Shown here: positions 1-9,075 of the stretch, piece by piece
Layout of the letters: each line of letters begins with the position of its first letter
How positions within the stretch are numbered: position 1 is the stretch's first letter
Sequence record: NGBS01000298.1
DNA: 32,000 nt
Strand: one strand, 5' to 3'
Notes under the pieces: generated by a model
What the model saw: the letters and a program-made list of their open reading frames with translations, nothing else
Database searches by the model: none
What the model was told of the DNA's origin: nothing
Made by a program: the position numbers and the translations under genes

Positions 1-54
1 ATAAATAATATATAAAAGTAAATTTATAAAATTACTTGAAAAAAAGCTTAACAT
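1..54 (-). CDS. nad1: NADH dehydrogenase subunit 1, first 18 codons only (second copy, runs off left window edge)
   Basis: Reverse complement of 1..57 equals 21771..21827. The ATG is at 52..54 (cat on the plus strand), mirroring the nad1 start at 21774. Confidence 0.85.
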   Translation of the reverse strand, partial: MLSFFSSNFINLLLYIIY

Positions 55-57
55 TTT

Positions 58-2133
58 TTAATAAAAATAATAAAAGTTTTTTATTCCTCTATTTTTAATT
101 GATTTATTGTAAACATGACAAATATCACTCATAATTAAAGAATTAGCTGAAACATCATCACTTTGATAAAAAGAATAAATTTTTGGAACAAAATGAACAT
201 TATGAAGTACTCCAAAAGGATGAACACTTGGTACCATAGAACTAAAAGCATGAGTTTGAACTTTATTTCTAATTTGACAATGAGGTAAATATCTTTCTAT
301 TAATTTAGGAAGATCTCTTCCATCTAAATTTAATTTTAAATTTAAACTAATACCTAAAGATAAGAAGATATCAAAATCGTGTCTACTTTTTCCAAATACT
401 TTAGAAATAGGTAAAACAAATTGAGGTCTTCCTTCAATATTAACAAAAGTACCAGCTCTTTGGAATAAATACATATCAGGTAAAATAATATTAGCATATT
501 TTACTAAATCAGTAGCAATAGATCCAATAAAAACAATAAATTTATTTTTTAAATAATCGCTATTAAAATGATCTACTGATAAAGTATGTGAATTGTCAGT
601 ATTAATTAAAAATAAATTTTTAATTTTTTTAGGATTTATAGGTAATCTATGATAAAAATTAATATCAAGATTACCAATAGTATTTGGTTTATTATATAAA
701 ATATTTACAACACTTTCTGATTTAATTTGTTTTAAAAATGTTCTAAAAAAATCAAAACAATTATAATAACCTCTATCCATAAAAAAAGAAGAATTAAAAA
801 TAACATGATTAAATATATTATTTTTTCTAACAAAAACAGTAGTTAAAGAATTTTTACCTTCAACAAAATTAGTAAAAGCTTTCATATTAGAACTTAAATT
901 ATAAACAGCATAATTTAAATTACAAAAAGTACCAATATTATAAAAATATGAATGACCATTTATATATTTTTTACGATATCTTAAATTTAAAACAGAAGCT
1001 TCATCTTTTAAATTACAACCAACAGTTAAACATACATGTAGTTTATCATCAATATCTGTAAATTTATTAAATCTATAGTTATTTCCAAAACCATTATTAA
1101 CTTTTATAGGATTATCAAAAGTAGAAATACCTAATTTATTAAAAAATTTTTTGATAATAATCATTGATTCACATTCTATATTATTATTCATAAATACACG
1201 AAATTCATTTCCATCAAAATTAGAATTAAATAAATTTTTTTTTAATAAAAAGAAGGCAAAATCCCAATTAATAGCTTTTAGAGAATTCATTGGAGATGTT
1301 ATTCTATTATGTAATAATCCGTCAAAATAAAAACGAGCTTTATCTGAAATCCAATCTTCATTTACTTCATCATTTATTCTTGGTATAATTCTATAAACAA
1401 AAGAACCTCTACTATTTATAGAAATATTTGAACCTAATCCATCAGATAAGTCAATAAAAAAATCATGTACTAAATCCCAAGGTCTACTTTTAAAAGAATA
1501 AGGTTTTAATGTTAAAGCTCCAACTGGACAAAGATCTGTTACATTTCCAGAAACTTCGGAATAAAAAAAACTATTAATATAATTCCCAATTTCCATAGAA
1601 CTACCTCTTCCAGTTAAACCCCATAGTTCAAATCCAGCAATATCTTTAGCAAAACGTACACAACGTGTACAATGAATACAACGATTCATAGCAGTTTTAA
1701 TAATAGGTCCACAATTTTTATTCTCAAAACAATGTTTTCTATAAAAGTAACCACTAGTTGCATTACCAAACATATGTGAAATATCTTGTAATTCACATTC
1801 ACCACCTTGATCACAAACGGGACAATCTAATGGATGATTACATAAAATTAATTCTAGAACATTTTCTCTTAATTCTTGCATTGCTGTATATTTTTCACCA
1901 AGTAATAAATGCATATTATTTCTAGCATGAGTTGCACAAGCAGGAGAAGCTTTTCTTTCTTTTTCTACTAAACATAAGCATGCTCTACAACTTCCAGCTA
2001 ACATTAATTTTCTATGATAACAAAAATGTGGAATACTATAACCAGCTATATTTCCAAAAGATAATAGAGTTATTACGTCTATTTTATGATTTTTACTAAG
2101 ACTAGCATAAACTTTATCTAATTCTAGTTTCAT
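58..2133 (-). CDS. nad11: NADH dehydrogenase 75-kDa subunit (NuoG homologue), copy A in the left repeat arm
   Basis: 691-aa ORF with Fe-S cluster Cys motifs (CYHRKLMLAGSCRAC, HPLDCPVCDQGGEC, CIHCTRCVRF, CPVGALT). ATG start, TAA stop. Translation is identical to the ORF at 19695..21770. Confidence 0.95.
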   Translation of the reverse strand: MKLELDKVYASLSKNHKIDVITLLSFGNIAGYSIPHFCYHRKLMLAGSCRACLCLVEKERKASPACATHARNNMHLLLGEKYTAMQELRENVLELILCNHPLDCPVCDQGGECELQDISHMFGNATSGYFYRKHCFENKNCGPIIKTAMNRCIHCTRCVRFAKDIAGFELWGLTGRGSSMEIGNYINSFFYSEVSGNVTDLCPVGALTLKPYSFKSRPWDLVHDFFIDLSDGLGSNISINSRGSFVYRIIPRINDEVNEDWISDKARFYFDGLLHNRITSPMNSLKAINWDFAFFLLKKNLFNSNFDGNEFRVFMNNNIECESMIIIKKFFNKLGISTFDNPIKVNNGFGNNYRFNKFTDIDDKLHVCLTVGCNLKDEASVLNLRYRKKYINGHSYFYNIGTFCNLNYAVYNLSSNMKAFTNFVEGKNSLTTVFVRKNNIFNHVIFNSSFFMDRGYYNCFDFFRTFLKQIKSESVVNILYNKPNTIGNLDINFYHRLPINPKKIKNLFLINTDNSHTLSVDHFNSDYLKNKFIVFIGSIATDLVKYANIILPDMYLFQRAGTFVNIEGRPQFVLPISKVFGKSRHDFDIFLSLGISLNLKLNLDGRDLPKLIERYLPHCQIRNKVQTHAFSSMVPSVHPFGVLHNVHFVPKIYSFYQSDDVSANSLIMSDICHVYNKSIKNRGIKNFYYFY

Positions 2134-2152
2134 TTAATAATTTTAAGTTAAA

Positions 2153-3637
2153 TTATATATTATTTATAATTAATAATAAAATATTTCCAGAAAAAATATC
2201 TAAAATTTTTGTTAAAAATACTGGATAAATACCAATAAGCATAATAACAAAAAGTAAAATAATAAAAATAAAAAATTCGTGAGAATACATATCTTTTAAA
2301 AAATGAATATAATGTAAATTAATATTTCCATAGCAAACACGGTTAAATAACCATAAAGAATAAACACCGCCAAGTAACATACCTGTTGTTGCAAAGAAAC
2401 CAATAATCATATTAGAATTAAAAGTTCCCATAAATATTAAAAATTCACCAACGAAACTACTAGAAGTAGGAAAAGCCATATTAGCTAAAGTAAATACTAA
2501 AAATATAGTTACAAAAATAGGCATTACTTGTACAACACCACCATAATATTTAATTAAACGAGTATGATATCTATCATAAAGTACACCAACTAATAAAAAA
2601 AGACCTCCAGAAACTAAACCATGGCTAATCATTTGAACAATTGAACCCTCAATTCCAGCAAACTCTAATGAAAATAAACCAATCATAATTAAATTCATAT
2701 GGGCAATAGAGCTATAAGCAACAATTCTTTTTATATCAGTTTGTCTAATTGCAGTTAATGATGAATAAATTAAACCGATAATAGCAATAGTATAAACAAG
2801 TGGTGTAAAATAAATACTAGCATATGGGAATAATGGTAATGAGAATCTTAAAAACCCATATGTACCAAGTTTTAATAAAATACCAGCTAAAATAACAGAA
2901 CCAACAGTAGGAGCTTCAACGTGAGCTTCTGGTAACCAAATGTGGAATGGAAGCATTGGTACTTTAACAGCAAAAGAAAAAAAGAAAGTTAACCATAAAA
3001 TTTTTTGTAAATTATGACTAAAATCAACTGTTAATAAACTTAAATAATCAGTAGTTCCAACATAAAAATAAATAAAAAGAATAGAAAGCATCATTAAAAC
3101 AGAACCTAATAAAGTATAAATGAAAAACATATATGACGCTCTAACTTTACGTTCACGAGAACCAAAAATACCAATAATAATAAACATAGTAATTAAAACA
3201 CTTTCAAAAAATACATAAAATAATAAAATATCCATAACAGAAAATACTAAGTGTAAAATAACTTCTTGAATTAAAAAACTTTGATAAAATAATTTACTTT
3301 CACCTTTTAAATAGTTATTCCAACATGCTAAAAAACAACAACAATTAATAAAAGCAGATAATACAATAAAAATTAAAGAAAAACTATCAAAACCAAAAGT
3401 AAAATATAATTGTGTATAATTTAACCAATTAAAAACAAAAACATATTGAAATAAACATAATAATTTATTATAAAAAATTAATAAGATAATAGCCTCAATA
3501 AACGTAATTATTCCAGTTAAATTAGCAATAATACGTAAAGCATTAAAATCAGTTTTTTTTACAAAAGTAATTAGTATAAACCCAAATAGTGGTGTAAAAA
3601 TAATACCTAAAATTAAAATATTAAATAAAATATTCAT
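2153..3637 (-). CDS. nad4: NADH dehydrogenase subunit 4
   Basis: 494-aa polytopic membrane ORF with the PMLPFHIWLPEAHVEAPT motif typical of Nad4/NuoM. ATG start, TAA stop. Confidence 0.93.
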   Translation of the reverse strand: MNILFNILILGIIFTPLFGFILITFVKKTDFNALRIIANLTGIITFIEAIILLIFYNKLLCLFQYVFVFNWLNYTQLYFTFGFDSFSLIFIVLSAFINCCCFLACWNNYLKGESKLFYQSFLIQEVILHLVFSVMDILLFYVFFESVLITMFIIIGIFGSRERKVRASYMFFIYTLLGSVLMMLSILFIYFYVGTTDYLSLLTVDFSHNLQKILWLTFFFSFAVKVPMLPFHIWLPEAHVEAPTVGSVILAGILLKLGTYGFLRFSLPLFPYASIYFTPLVYTIAIIGLIYSSLTAIRQTDIKRIVAYSSIAHMNLIMIGLFSLEFAGIEGSIVQMISHGLVSGGLFLLVGVLYDRYHTRLIKYYGGVVQVMPIFVTIFLVFTLANMAFPTSSSFVGEFLIFMGTFNSNMIIGFFATTGMLLGGVYSLWLFNRVCYGNINLHYIHFLKDMYSHEFFIFIILLFVIMLIGIYPVFLTKILDIFSGNILLLIINNI

Positions 3638-4086
3638 TATTTATTAGTTATATATAAATTTAAATAAAAAAGAATAACAAAAAAATTAAAAAAAAGTTGA
3701 TTAGAAAATGTAGTTAGTGCATTATTGAAGTTCGTTGAACTTAATGATAAATTATAACACATATTATTAAAATAAATATAATAATAATAAGGATATATAT
3801 TTATTAAAAAATTTGAAAAAATGTTAAATGATATATTTTTATCAAAGCAAATTAGAATTAAATTTGAAGAATTCAAAGATTTTTGTACAGAACTACAGTA
3901 AAATGTAAAAAATTTACGTTTTATTACAATTATTTTAGCATTATTTGATAATTTATATTTATTTAAATAATTAGTAATATTAGTTATAATATTTGTATTA
4001 TTATTACATACCAAAATAATACTTGAATTTAAAAATAAATAATTAAATTTTTTTTGATAAAATAATAAACGTTTTTTATTTTTCAT
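3637..4086 (-). CDS. Hypothetical 149-aa N/I/L/F-rich protein, weakly similar to ribosomal protein S10 (or L10)
   Basis: The ORF stays open in very AT-rich DNA and is packed between nad7 and nad4, with a TAATG stop/start overlap onto nad4. The segment KRKFFTFYCSSVQKS resembles the S10 core ([15 protein letters not shown]) by eye only. Confidence 0.45.
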   Translation of the reverse strand: MKNKKRLLFYQKKFNYLFLNSSIILVCNNNTNIITNITNYLNKYKLSNNAKIIVIKRKFFTFYCSSVQKSLNSSNLILICFDKNISFNIFSNFLINIYPYYYYIYFNNMCYNLSLSSTNFNNALTTFSNQLFFNFFVILFYLNLYITNK

Positions 4087-4097
4087 AATATAAAATA

Positions 4098-5276
4098 TTA
4101 TCTATCAATTTCACCAAACACAATATCAAAAGCACCGATAATTGCAACAATATCAGCTAAAAAATGACCTTTACTTAAAAGTTCAACACCTTGTAAATGA
4201 GTATACCCTGGTGCTTTAACATGACAACGATAAGGTTTATTTTCACCAATAGATACTAAATAAACACCTAATTCTCCTTTTGGTGCTTCAATACAAGTAA
4301 ATGTTTCCCCAGCTGGAACATAAAATCCTTCTGAAAATATTTTAAAATGATCAATTAAAGCTTCCATTGAATTTTTCATAGAACTTCTTAGAGGAATAGC
4401 AATTTTATTATTAGCAATTTTAATTGGACCTTCTGGAATATTTTGTAAACATTGTAAAATAATTGAAATACTTTGACGCATTTCTTCCATACGCATAATA
4501 TATCTATCGTAACAATCTCCATTAGTACCAACAGGAACACTAAAATTTATTTTATCATAAACTTCATAAGGAAAATTTTTACGTAAATCCCATAATAAAC
4601 CAGTACTTCTTAGCATAACACCACTAAATCCATTTTTTAAAGCTTCATTTTTTGTAACAACTCCAACATCTACAAGTCTATTTCTCCAAATACGATTATT
4701 AGTTAATAATTCTTCAGCTTCATCTAAACGATGAGGTAATCTTAAACATAGATCATAAATATCTTCTAGTAAACCTAAAGGTAAATCTTCACGAACTCCG
4801 CCAGGTCTTATAAAATTAGCATGCATACGTGCACCAGAAACACGTTCATAAAATTCTAAAATTTTTTCACGTTCTTCAAAAAGCCAAAGCATAACAGTCA
4901 TAGCACCTAAATCAAGTGCAGCAGAACCTACAGCAATTAAATGATTTAAAAGACGAGTTAATTCTGAAAAAATAACACGAATATATTTTGCTCTTAAAGG
5001 AATATCTGTATGTAATAATGTTTCTACGGCTAAAGAATAACAATGTTCATTACACATCATAGCAATATAATCAAGTCTATCAAAATGAGGTAAAGCTTGT
5101 AAATAAGTTTTATGTTCAATTAATTTTTCAGTACCTCTATGTAAAAATCCAATATGTGGATCAGCTTGAAAAACAACTTCACCTTGAAGTTTTAAAATTA
5201 AACGTAATACCCCGTGAGTAGCTGGGTGTTGTGGTCCAAAATTTAAAGTAAAAGATTTAATATTATATAATACCAT
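4098..5276 (-). CDS. nad7: NADH dehydrogenase 49-kDa subunit (NuoD homologue)
   Basis: 392-aa ORF with [21 protein letters not shown] and the C-terminal DIVFGEIDR, all hallmarks of Nad7. Confidence 0.95.
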   Translation of the reverse strand: MVLYNIKSFTLNFGPQHPATHGVLRLILKLQGEVVFQADPHIGFLHRGTEKLIEHKTYLQALPHFDRLDYIAMMCNEHCYSLAVETLLHTDIPLRAKYIRVIFSELTRLLNHLIAVGSAALDLGAMTVMLWLFEEREKILEFYERVSGARMHANFIRPGGVREDLPLGLLEDIYDLCLRLPHRLDEAEELLTNNRIWRNRLVDVGVVTKNEALKNGFSGVMLRSTGLLWDLRKNFPYEVYDKINFSVPVGTNGDCYDRYIMRMEEMRQSISIILQCLQNIPEGPIKIANNKIAIPLRSSMKNSMEALIDHFKIFSEGFYVPAGETFTCIEAPKGELGVYLVSIGENKPYRCHVKAPGYTHLQGVELLSKGHFLADIVAIIGAFDIVFGEIDR

Positions 5277-6748
5277 TAATAATTTTTTTTATAAAAACGT
5301 AAAATAAAAGTTGAAATTAAATTTTGAGATAATAATGATTTTTTAAAATAATTTGAATTTATACCTAAATAAATAAATCTAAAATTAGAAAAATCGATTT
5401 CTACGTCGGAATATTGTTTAAAAGTTTTATTTAAATTTAAAAATTGTTTTAAATAATAAATTTTATTATCAATTTCAGATAAATTTGATAATTTTAAAGA
5501 ATAAGTATAAAATAATGTATAATAATTTATTAAATTTTGTTTAATAATTTTATTAGTTGTAATTTGATAAGAATTATAATATTTATTTTTAAAAGTATAA
5601 GGTAAAATTTTTTTTGTAAAATTTGTTTTATTTATTTTAATCATTTTATAATAATGACGATAACTATATTTTGAATAATAATTAAAATAATATAATTTAC
5701 AATAATTTTGTGAAATATTTTTAGTTAAATAAATTTTAAAAGATTTAAAATTAGTTAATAGTCCGGTTAAATAATACTTTTCAATAGAAAATATTAAATT
5801 TTTATTAAAATTATAATAATTAAAAAGTTTAATATAATTATTAATAAAATTATTATTTTTATTTAAAAATAACAAATATTTAATTATAAAAAAATTTAAG
5901 TTAATAGATTTAATATTATTTATTTTAATATTTAATTTTATATTTTTAAAATTAAAATATAAAATATTAATTAATTTTTTATATTGATTATTTGTTATAA
6001 TTATATTATTAAGTAAAACTATATATAAAATTTTATTTAAAATTAAAAAATAAAATAAATCAACATTAATTATTTTATTTAAATATATTTTATTTTTTTT
6101 TACATTATATTTAATAAATTTTTTAAAATAATATATTTTATGTTTTGAAAATAAATTAAATATACGAAAAAAATAACGAATAAATTTATTTGAAAATGAA
6201 ATATATTTTAAATTTGTAGAAATAAATGGTAAAAAATATATTTTTTTTAAATTTATTTCAATTAAATCTCCGCAAGATAATAAAAAATTTGGATTTCTAA
6301 TAGAAATATGATTAATAAAAAAAAAACCATGTAAAATTAATTGACGAGCTGATTTTAATGAAGAAGCAAAACCTGTACGATATAATACAAGATCAAATCT
6401 ATTATAAATATAATTAGTATTATATAAAGAACGTCTAAATAATCTTTCAGTAAAATAGGCTCCCGAATTCTTTTTCAAGAATTGTTTACTTATAAATTTT
6501 AACGAATAAAATTGTCTTTTTACATTTACTCCTAAAAAATTATGTAGAAAAAAATTATCATAAAATTTCCATTTTTTTGTGTGAAAAAAGTATAATTTTA
6601 AATTTTTAAAAATAAGTTTATTTCTTAAAAAATAACTTATTTTATATTTTGAAAAATGAGTATATCTTTGTTTAGTTAAATGTTTTTTTACTTTTTTAGT
6701 TAAATTAATATCTTGTGAAATTAAACGAAAATATAAATTAAATAACAT
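5276..6748 (-). CDS. rps4: Ribosomal protein S4 with a long low-complexity C-terminal extension
   Basis: S4 RNA-binding domain motif [49 protein letters not shown]. The ORF is 490 aa, against about 200 aa in bacteria. Confidence 0.8.
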   Translation of the reverse strand: MLFNLYFRLISQDINLTKKVKKHLTKQRYTHFSKYKISYFLRNKLIFKNLKLYFFHTKKWKFYDNFFLHNFLGVNVKRQFYSLKFISKQFLKKNSGAYFTERLFRRSLYNTNYIYNRFDLVLYRTGFASSLKSARQLILHGFFFINHISIRNPNFLLSCGDLIEINLKKIYFLPFISTNLKYISFSNKFIRYFFRIFNLFSKHKIYYFKKFIKYNVKKNKIYLNKIINVDLFYFLILNKILYIVLLNNIIITNNQYKKLINILYFNFKNIKLNIKINNIKSINLNFFIIKYLLFLNKNNNFINNYIKLFNYYNFNKNLIFSIEKYYLTGLLTNFKSFKIYLTKNISQNYCKLYYFNYYSKYSYRHYYKMIKINKTNFTKKILPYTFKNKYYNSYQITTNKIIKQNLINYYTLFYTYSLKLSNLSEIDNKIYYLKQFLNLNKTFKQYSDVEIDFSNFRFIYLGINSNYFKKSLLSQNLISTFILRFYKKNY

Positions 6749-6750
6749 CT

Positions 6751-7761
6751 TTAAAATTTAAGTAATTTAAATTTAAAATTAAAAATCTCATATAAAAAAT
6801 AATAAGAAATTAATTTTAAATAAGAATTTAGATTTTGTTTTTTTAAATAAAACGTATAAATATAAATAAATAATAATTTTTTATGTAATATTTTTGATTT
6901 TTTAACTTTCTGCATAATATATGATTGATTAATTTTAAAATTATTAATATTTAGTGTAAATAATTTTACAATATTTGAAATATAAATTAAATATCCCTCG
7001 AAAGAAAAAAAAGCTAAAATTATAAAATATAAAAAATAATTAGAAAATGAACCTTTTGAAAAAATTAAAGGATAAGTAATTTGTAATAAATTTTTATATG
7101 TTGTATTAATATCGCATAATGCTAAAATAGGAATATGTAAATTATTAAATTCCGATAACAAATAATATTGTGTATTAGGAGTAAATGTAATAATAAAATC
7201 AGGAACAAAAAATTTATTAATATAAAAATTTTTTAATTCAGTATTAGTTAAAGATAAAAATGTAAAATTATTTGAAAATACTGAATTATTCACTAATGAA
7301 TATTTTAAAATATTCAATTTATTTAAATTTGTAATTGAGTCATAAGTAAATGATAAATAATTATTACTATAAAATCCAGAAGAAATTTTAGAAATAGCAT
7401 AAAAAAATGAAATTTTAGAAAAATAATGTACTATTTTAACAAAAAAATAAAAATAATTAATATTTGTTTTGTTATTTTTTTGATTATATTTTAAAATAGT
7501 TTTAATACAATCTGGAATTAAAATTAAAACTTTATTATTTTGTAATATAATTTCGTGCAAAATAACTCGAAATTGTTGAAAAGAATATAATATTTTTTTT
7601 AAATCTAAAGTATAAGTATTAAAATTATAACCCAATATAAAATCTAAAAAAAATAAATTGTAACGATCTACTGCAGTTTCTAAAAAAATTTTATTATTTA
7701 ATAATTTTTGAATAAATGTTTTTGAATTTTTTAAATTATAATTATAAAATTGAAAAGACAT
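6751..7761 (-). CDS. rps2: Ribosomal protein S2
   Basis: YTLDLKKIL..NNKVLILIPD and PDFIITFTPNTQYYLLSEFNNLHIPILALCDINT align by eye with bacterial S2 (HIINLEKT..GKILFVGTK and PDALFVID..IPVFAIVDTN). Confidence 0.75.
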   Translation of the reverse strand: MSFQFYNYNLKNSKTFIQKLLNNKIFLETAVDRYNLFFLDFILGYNFNTYTLDLKKILYSFQQFRVILHEIILQNNKVLILIPDCIKTILKYNQKNNKTNINYFYFFVKIVHYFSKISFFYAISKISSGFYSNNYLSFTYDSITNLNKLNILKYSLVNNSVFSNNFTFLSLTNTELKNFYINKFFVPDFIITFTPNTQYYLLSEFNNLHIPILALCDINTTYKNLLQITYPLIFSKGSFSNYFLYFIILAFFSFEGYLIYISNIVKLFTLNINNFKINQSYIMQKVKKSKILHKKLLFIYIYTFYLKKQNLNSYLKLISYYFLYEIFNFKFKLLKF

Positions 7762-8285
7762 TAAATATTTTCTTTTTTAGTTTTAATTTTTTTTAAAATA
7801 ATAATTTCATTAGAATAGTATATACCATAATTTTTATAAACACCAGGTTTGCGTAATTTACGAAAATAATCACAAAAACTCATCAAGGTATTAAAATCTA
7901 GACTAAATAGCACAAAATCAATCTTAGATAAACATTTTATTGAAATATTATATGGAATATTTATTTTTAAAGTATTACAATAACCTAATCTTAGAATTAA
8001 ATTATTTTTTTCAATTAAAATTTTAAAACCAATACCAGATAATTTCATTTTAACAATATTACCATAAATATTTTTATTTAAACATTTTGTTAATATTGTT
8101 TTAAAAGTATAAATACTAGTTTTATTTAATTTTAAACAATATAATTTATTTTTATTATTTAAATATAAAATATTATGATAATTTAATTTATAAAAAAATA
8201 AGCCAAATAAACTAATAAAAATTATAAATTTTTTTGTAATAATAATTTTTAGATTTTTAGGAACATATTTAATAATTGAATACAT
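7761..8285 (-). CDS. rpl6: Ribosomal protein L6
   Basis: C-terminal PGVYKNYGIYYSNEIIILKK matches the L6 signature (PYKGKGIRY..E.V..K). I place the start at the internal ATG at 8283..8285 (MYSIIKYVPKNLKI), which avoids a 29-nt overlap with rps8. The ORF track extends to 8315. Confidence 0.75.
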   Translation of the reverse strand: MYSIIKYVPKNLKIIITKKFIIFISLFGLFFYKLNYHNILYLNNKNKLYCLKLNKTSIYTFKTILTKCLNKNIYGNIVKMKLSGIGFKILIEKNNLILRLGYCNTLKINIPYNISIKCLSKIDFVLFSLDFNTLMSFCDYFRKLRKPGVYKNYGIYYSNEIIILKKIKTKKENI

Positions 8286-8286
8286 A

Positions 8287-8673
8287 TTAAAAAATATAAA
8301 ATAATAATTTACCACCTATGTTTAATTTTAAAGCTTGTTCTAAACTTAAAATACCCTTTGATGTTGAAATAACAAATGTACCTAAATTATTCTGATATTT
8401 AGCTAATAAATCAACAGTAACATAAATATTTTTATGAACTTTTGAAATTAAATATAATGTTGAAAAAGCTGATTTTCCTTTATAATATTTTAAAAAAATA
8501 TTTATACAATTTTGTGCATTATTAAAATTATAAGTTAAAATATATCCATTTTTATATAAAAAATTTAAAACATTTAATGAAAAATTATTAAATTTATAAA
8601 TTTTTACTTGTTTTTTTTTTAAACGATAACCATTTTTAATAATAAAAAGCATTTGAATTAATATAATATTCAT
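8287..8673 (-). CDS. rps8: Ribosomal protein S8
   Basis: C-terminal VISTSKGILSLEQALKLNIGGKLLFYIF matches the S8 consensus (..STS.G.M....A...GVGGE.L.YVW). Confidence 0.85.
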   Translation of the reverse strand: MNIILIQMLFIIKNGYRLKKKQVKIYKFNNFSLNVLNFLYKNGYILTYNFNNAQNCINIFLKYYKGKSAFSTLYLISKVHKNIYVTVDLLAKYQNNLGTFVISTSKGILSLEQALKLNIGGKLLFYIF

Positions 8674-8685
8674 GACAATATAATT

Positions 8686-8985
8686 TTACCAACTTGATTT
8701 TAAAAATCCAGGCAATTTACCTAAAGATATTAATTCTTTTAATTTAATACGTGATATTTTTAATTGTTTATAATTACCACGAGATCTACCAGTTATATAG
8801 CAAATATTATGTAAACGAACAATACTACTATTTTTCGGTAAAGTTAAATATTCTAAAAATAAATGTTTTTTTAATTCTAATGAAATTGAATCACATATTA
8901 ATAAAGATTTTAAAATATTTATAATAAATTCATATTTTAAATAAGATAATCTTTTTTTTCTATCTGTATATATTTTATTTTTCAT
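8686..8985 (-). CDS. rps14: Ribosomal protein S14
   Basis: C-terminus TGRSRGNYKQLKISRIKLKELISLGKLPGFLKSSW is the S14 signature. I trimmed the start to the ATG at 8983..8985 because the first 28 codons of the tracked ORF overlap a tRNA gene. Confidence 0.88.
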   Translation of the reverse strand: MKNKIYTDRKKRLSYLKYEFIINILKSLLICDSISLELKKHLFLEYLTLPKNSSIVRLHNICYITGRSRGNYKQLKISRIKLKELISLGKLPGFLKSSW

Positions 8986-8992
8986 AATATAA

Positions 8993-9075
8993 CGGATATA
9001 ATAGGATTCGAACCTATGGTATAAGAATACATTAGCTTTCAAAACTAACACAATAGACCACTCTGACATATATCC
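8993..9075 (-). tRNA. trnS(uga): tRNA-Ser (anticodon UGA), class II with a long variable arm
   Basis: Hand-folded cloverleaf. Acceptor ggatata/tatatcc, anticodon stem ttagt/gctaa, loop tttgaaa, variable stem gtat/atac, T arm atagg-ttcgaat-cctat. It abuts the rps11 stop at 9076. Confidence 0.85.

Larger units (their letters stand above)
1..2168. repeat. Inverted repeat, left arm (truncated by the window edge)
   Basis: Position x is complementary to position 21828-x. The inner junction was checked base by base (2147-2168 against 19660-19681) and 1-120 was checked against 21709-21828. Confidence 0.93.

Noticed and set aside
8286-8315. The first 10 codons of the tracked rpl6 ORF, which overlap rps8
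   Set aside because: The internal ATG at 8283-8285 gives an L6-like N-terminus and leaves a 1-nt gap after the rps8 stop. That matches the packing style of the other junctions. The longer start cannot be fully excluded.
8986-9069. The first 28 codons of the tracked ORF 8686..9069 (MSEWSIVLVLKANVFLYHRFESYYIRYI)
   Set aside because: This part is the antisense reading of the tRNA-Ser(UGA) gene region (8993..9075). S14 homology begins at the internal Met (8985), so I trimmed the CDS.
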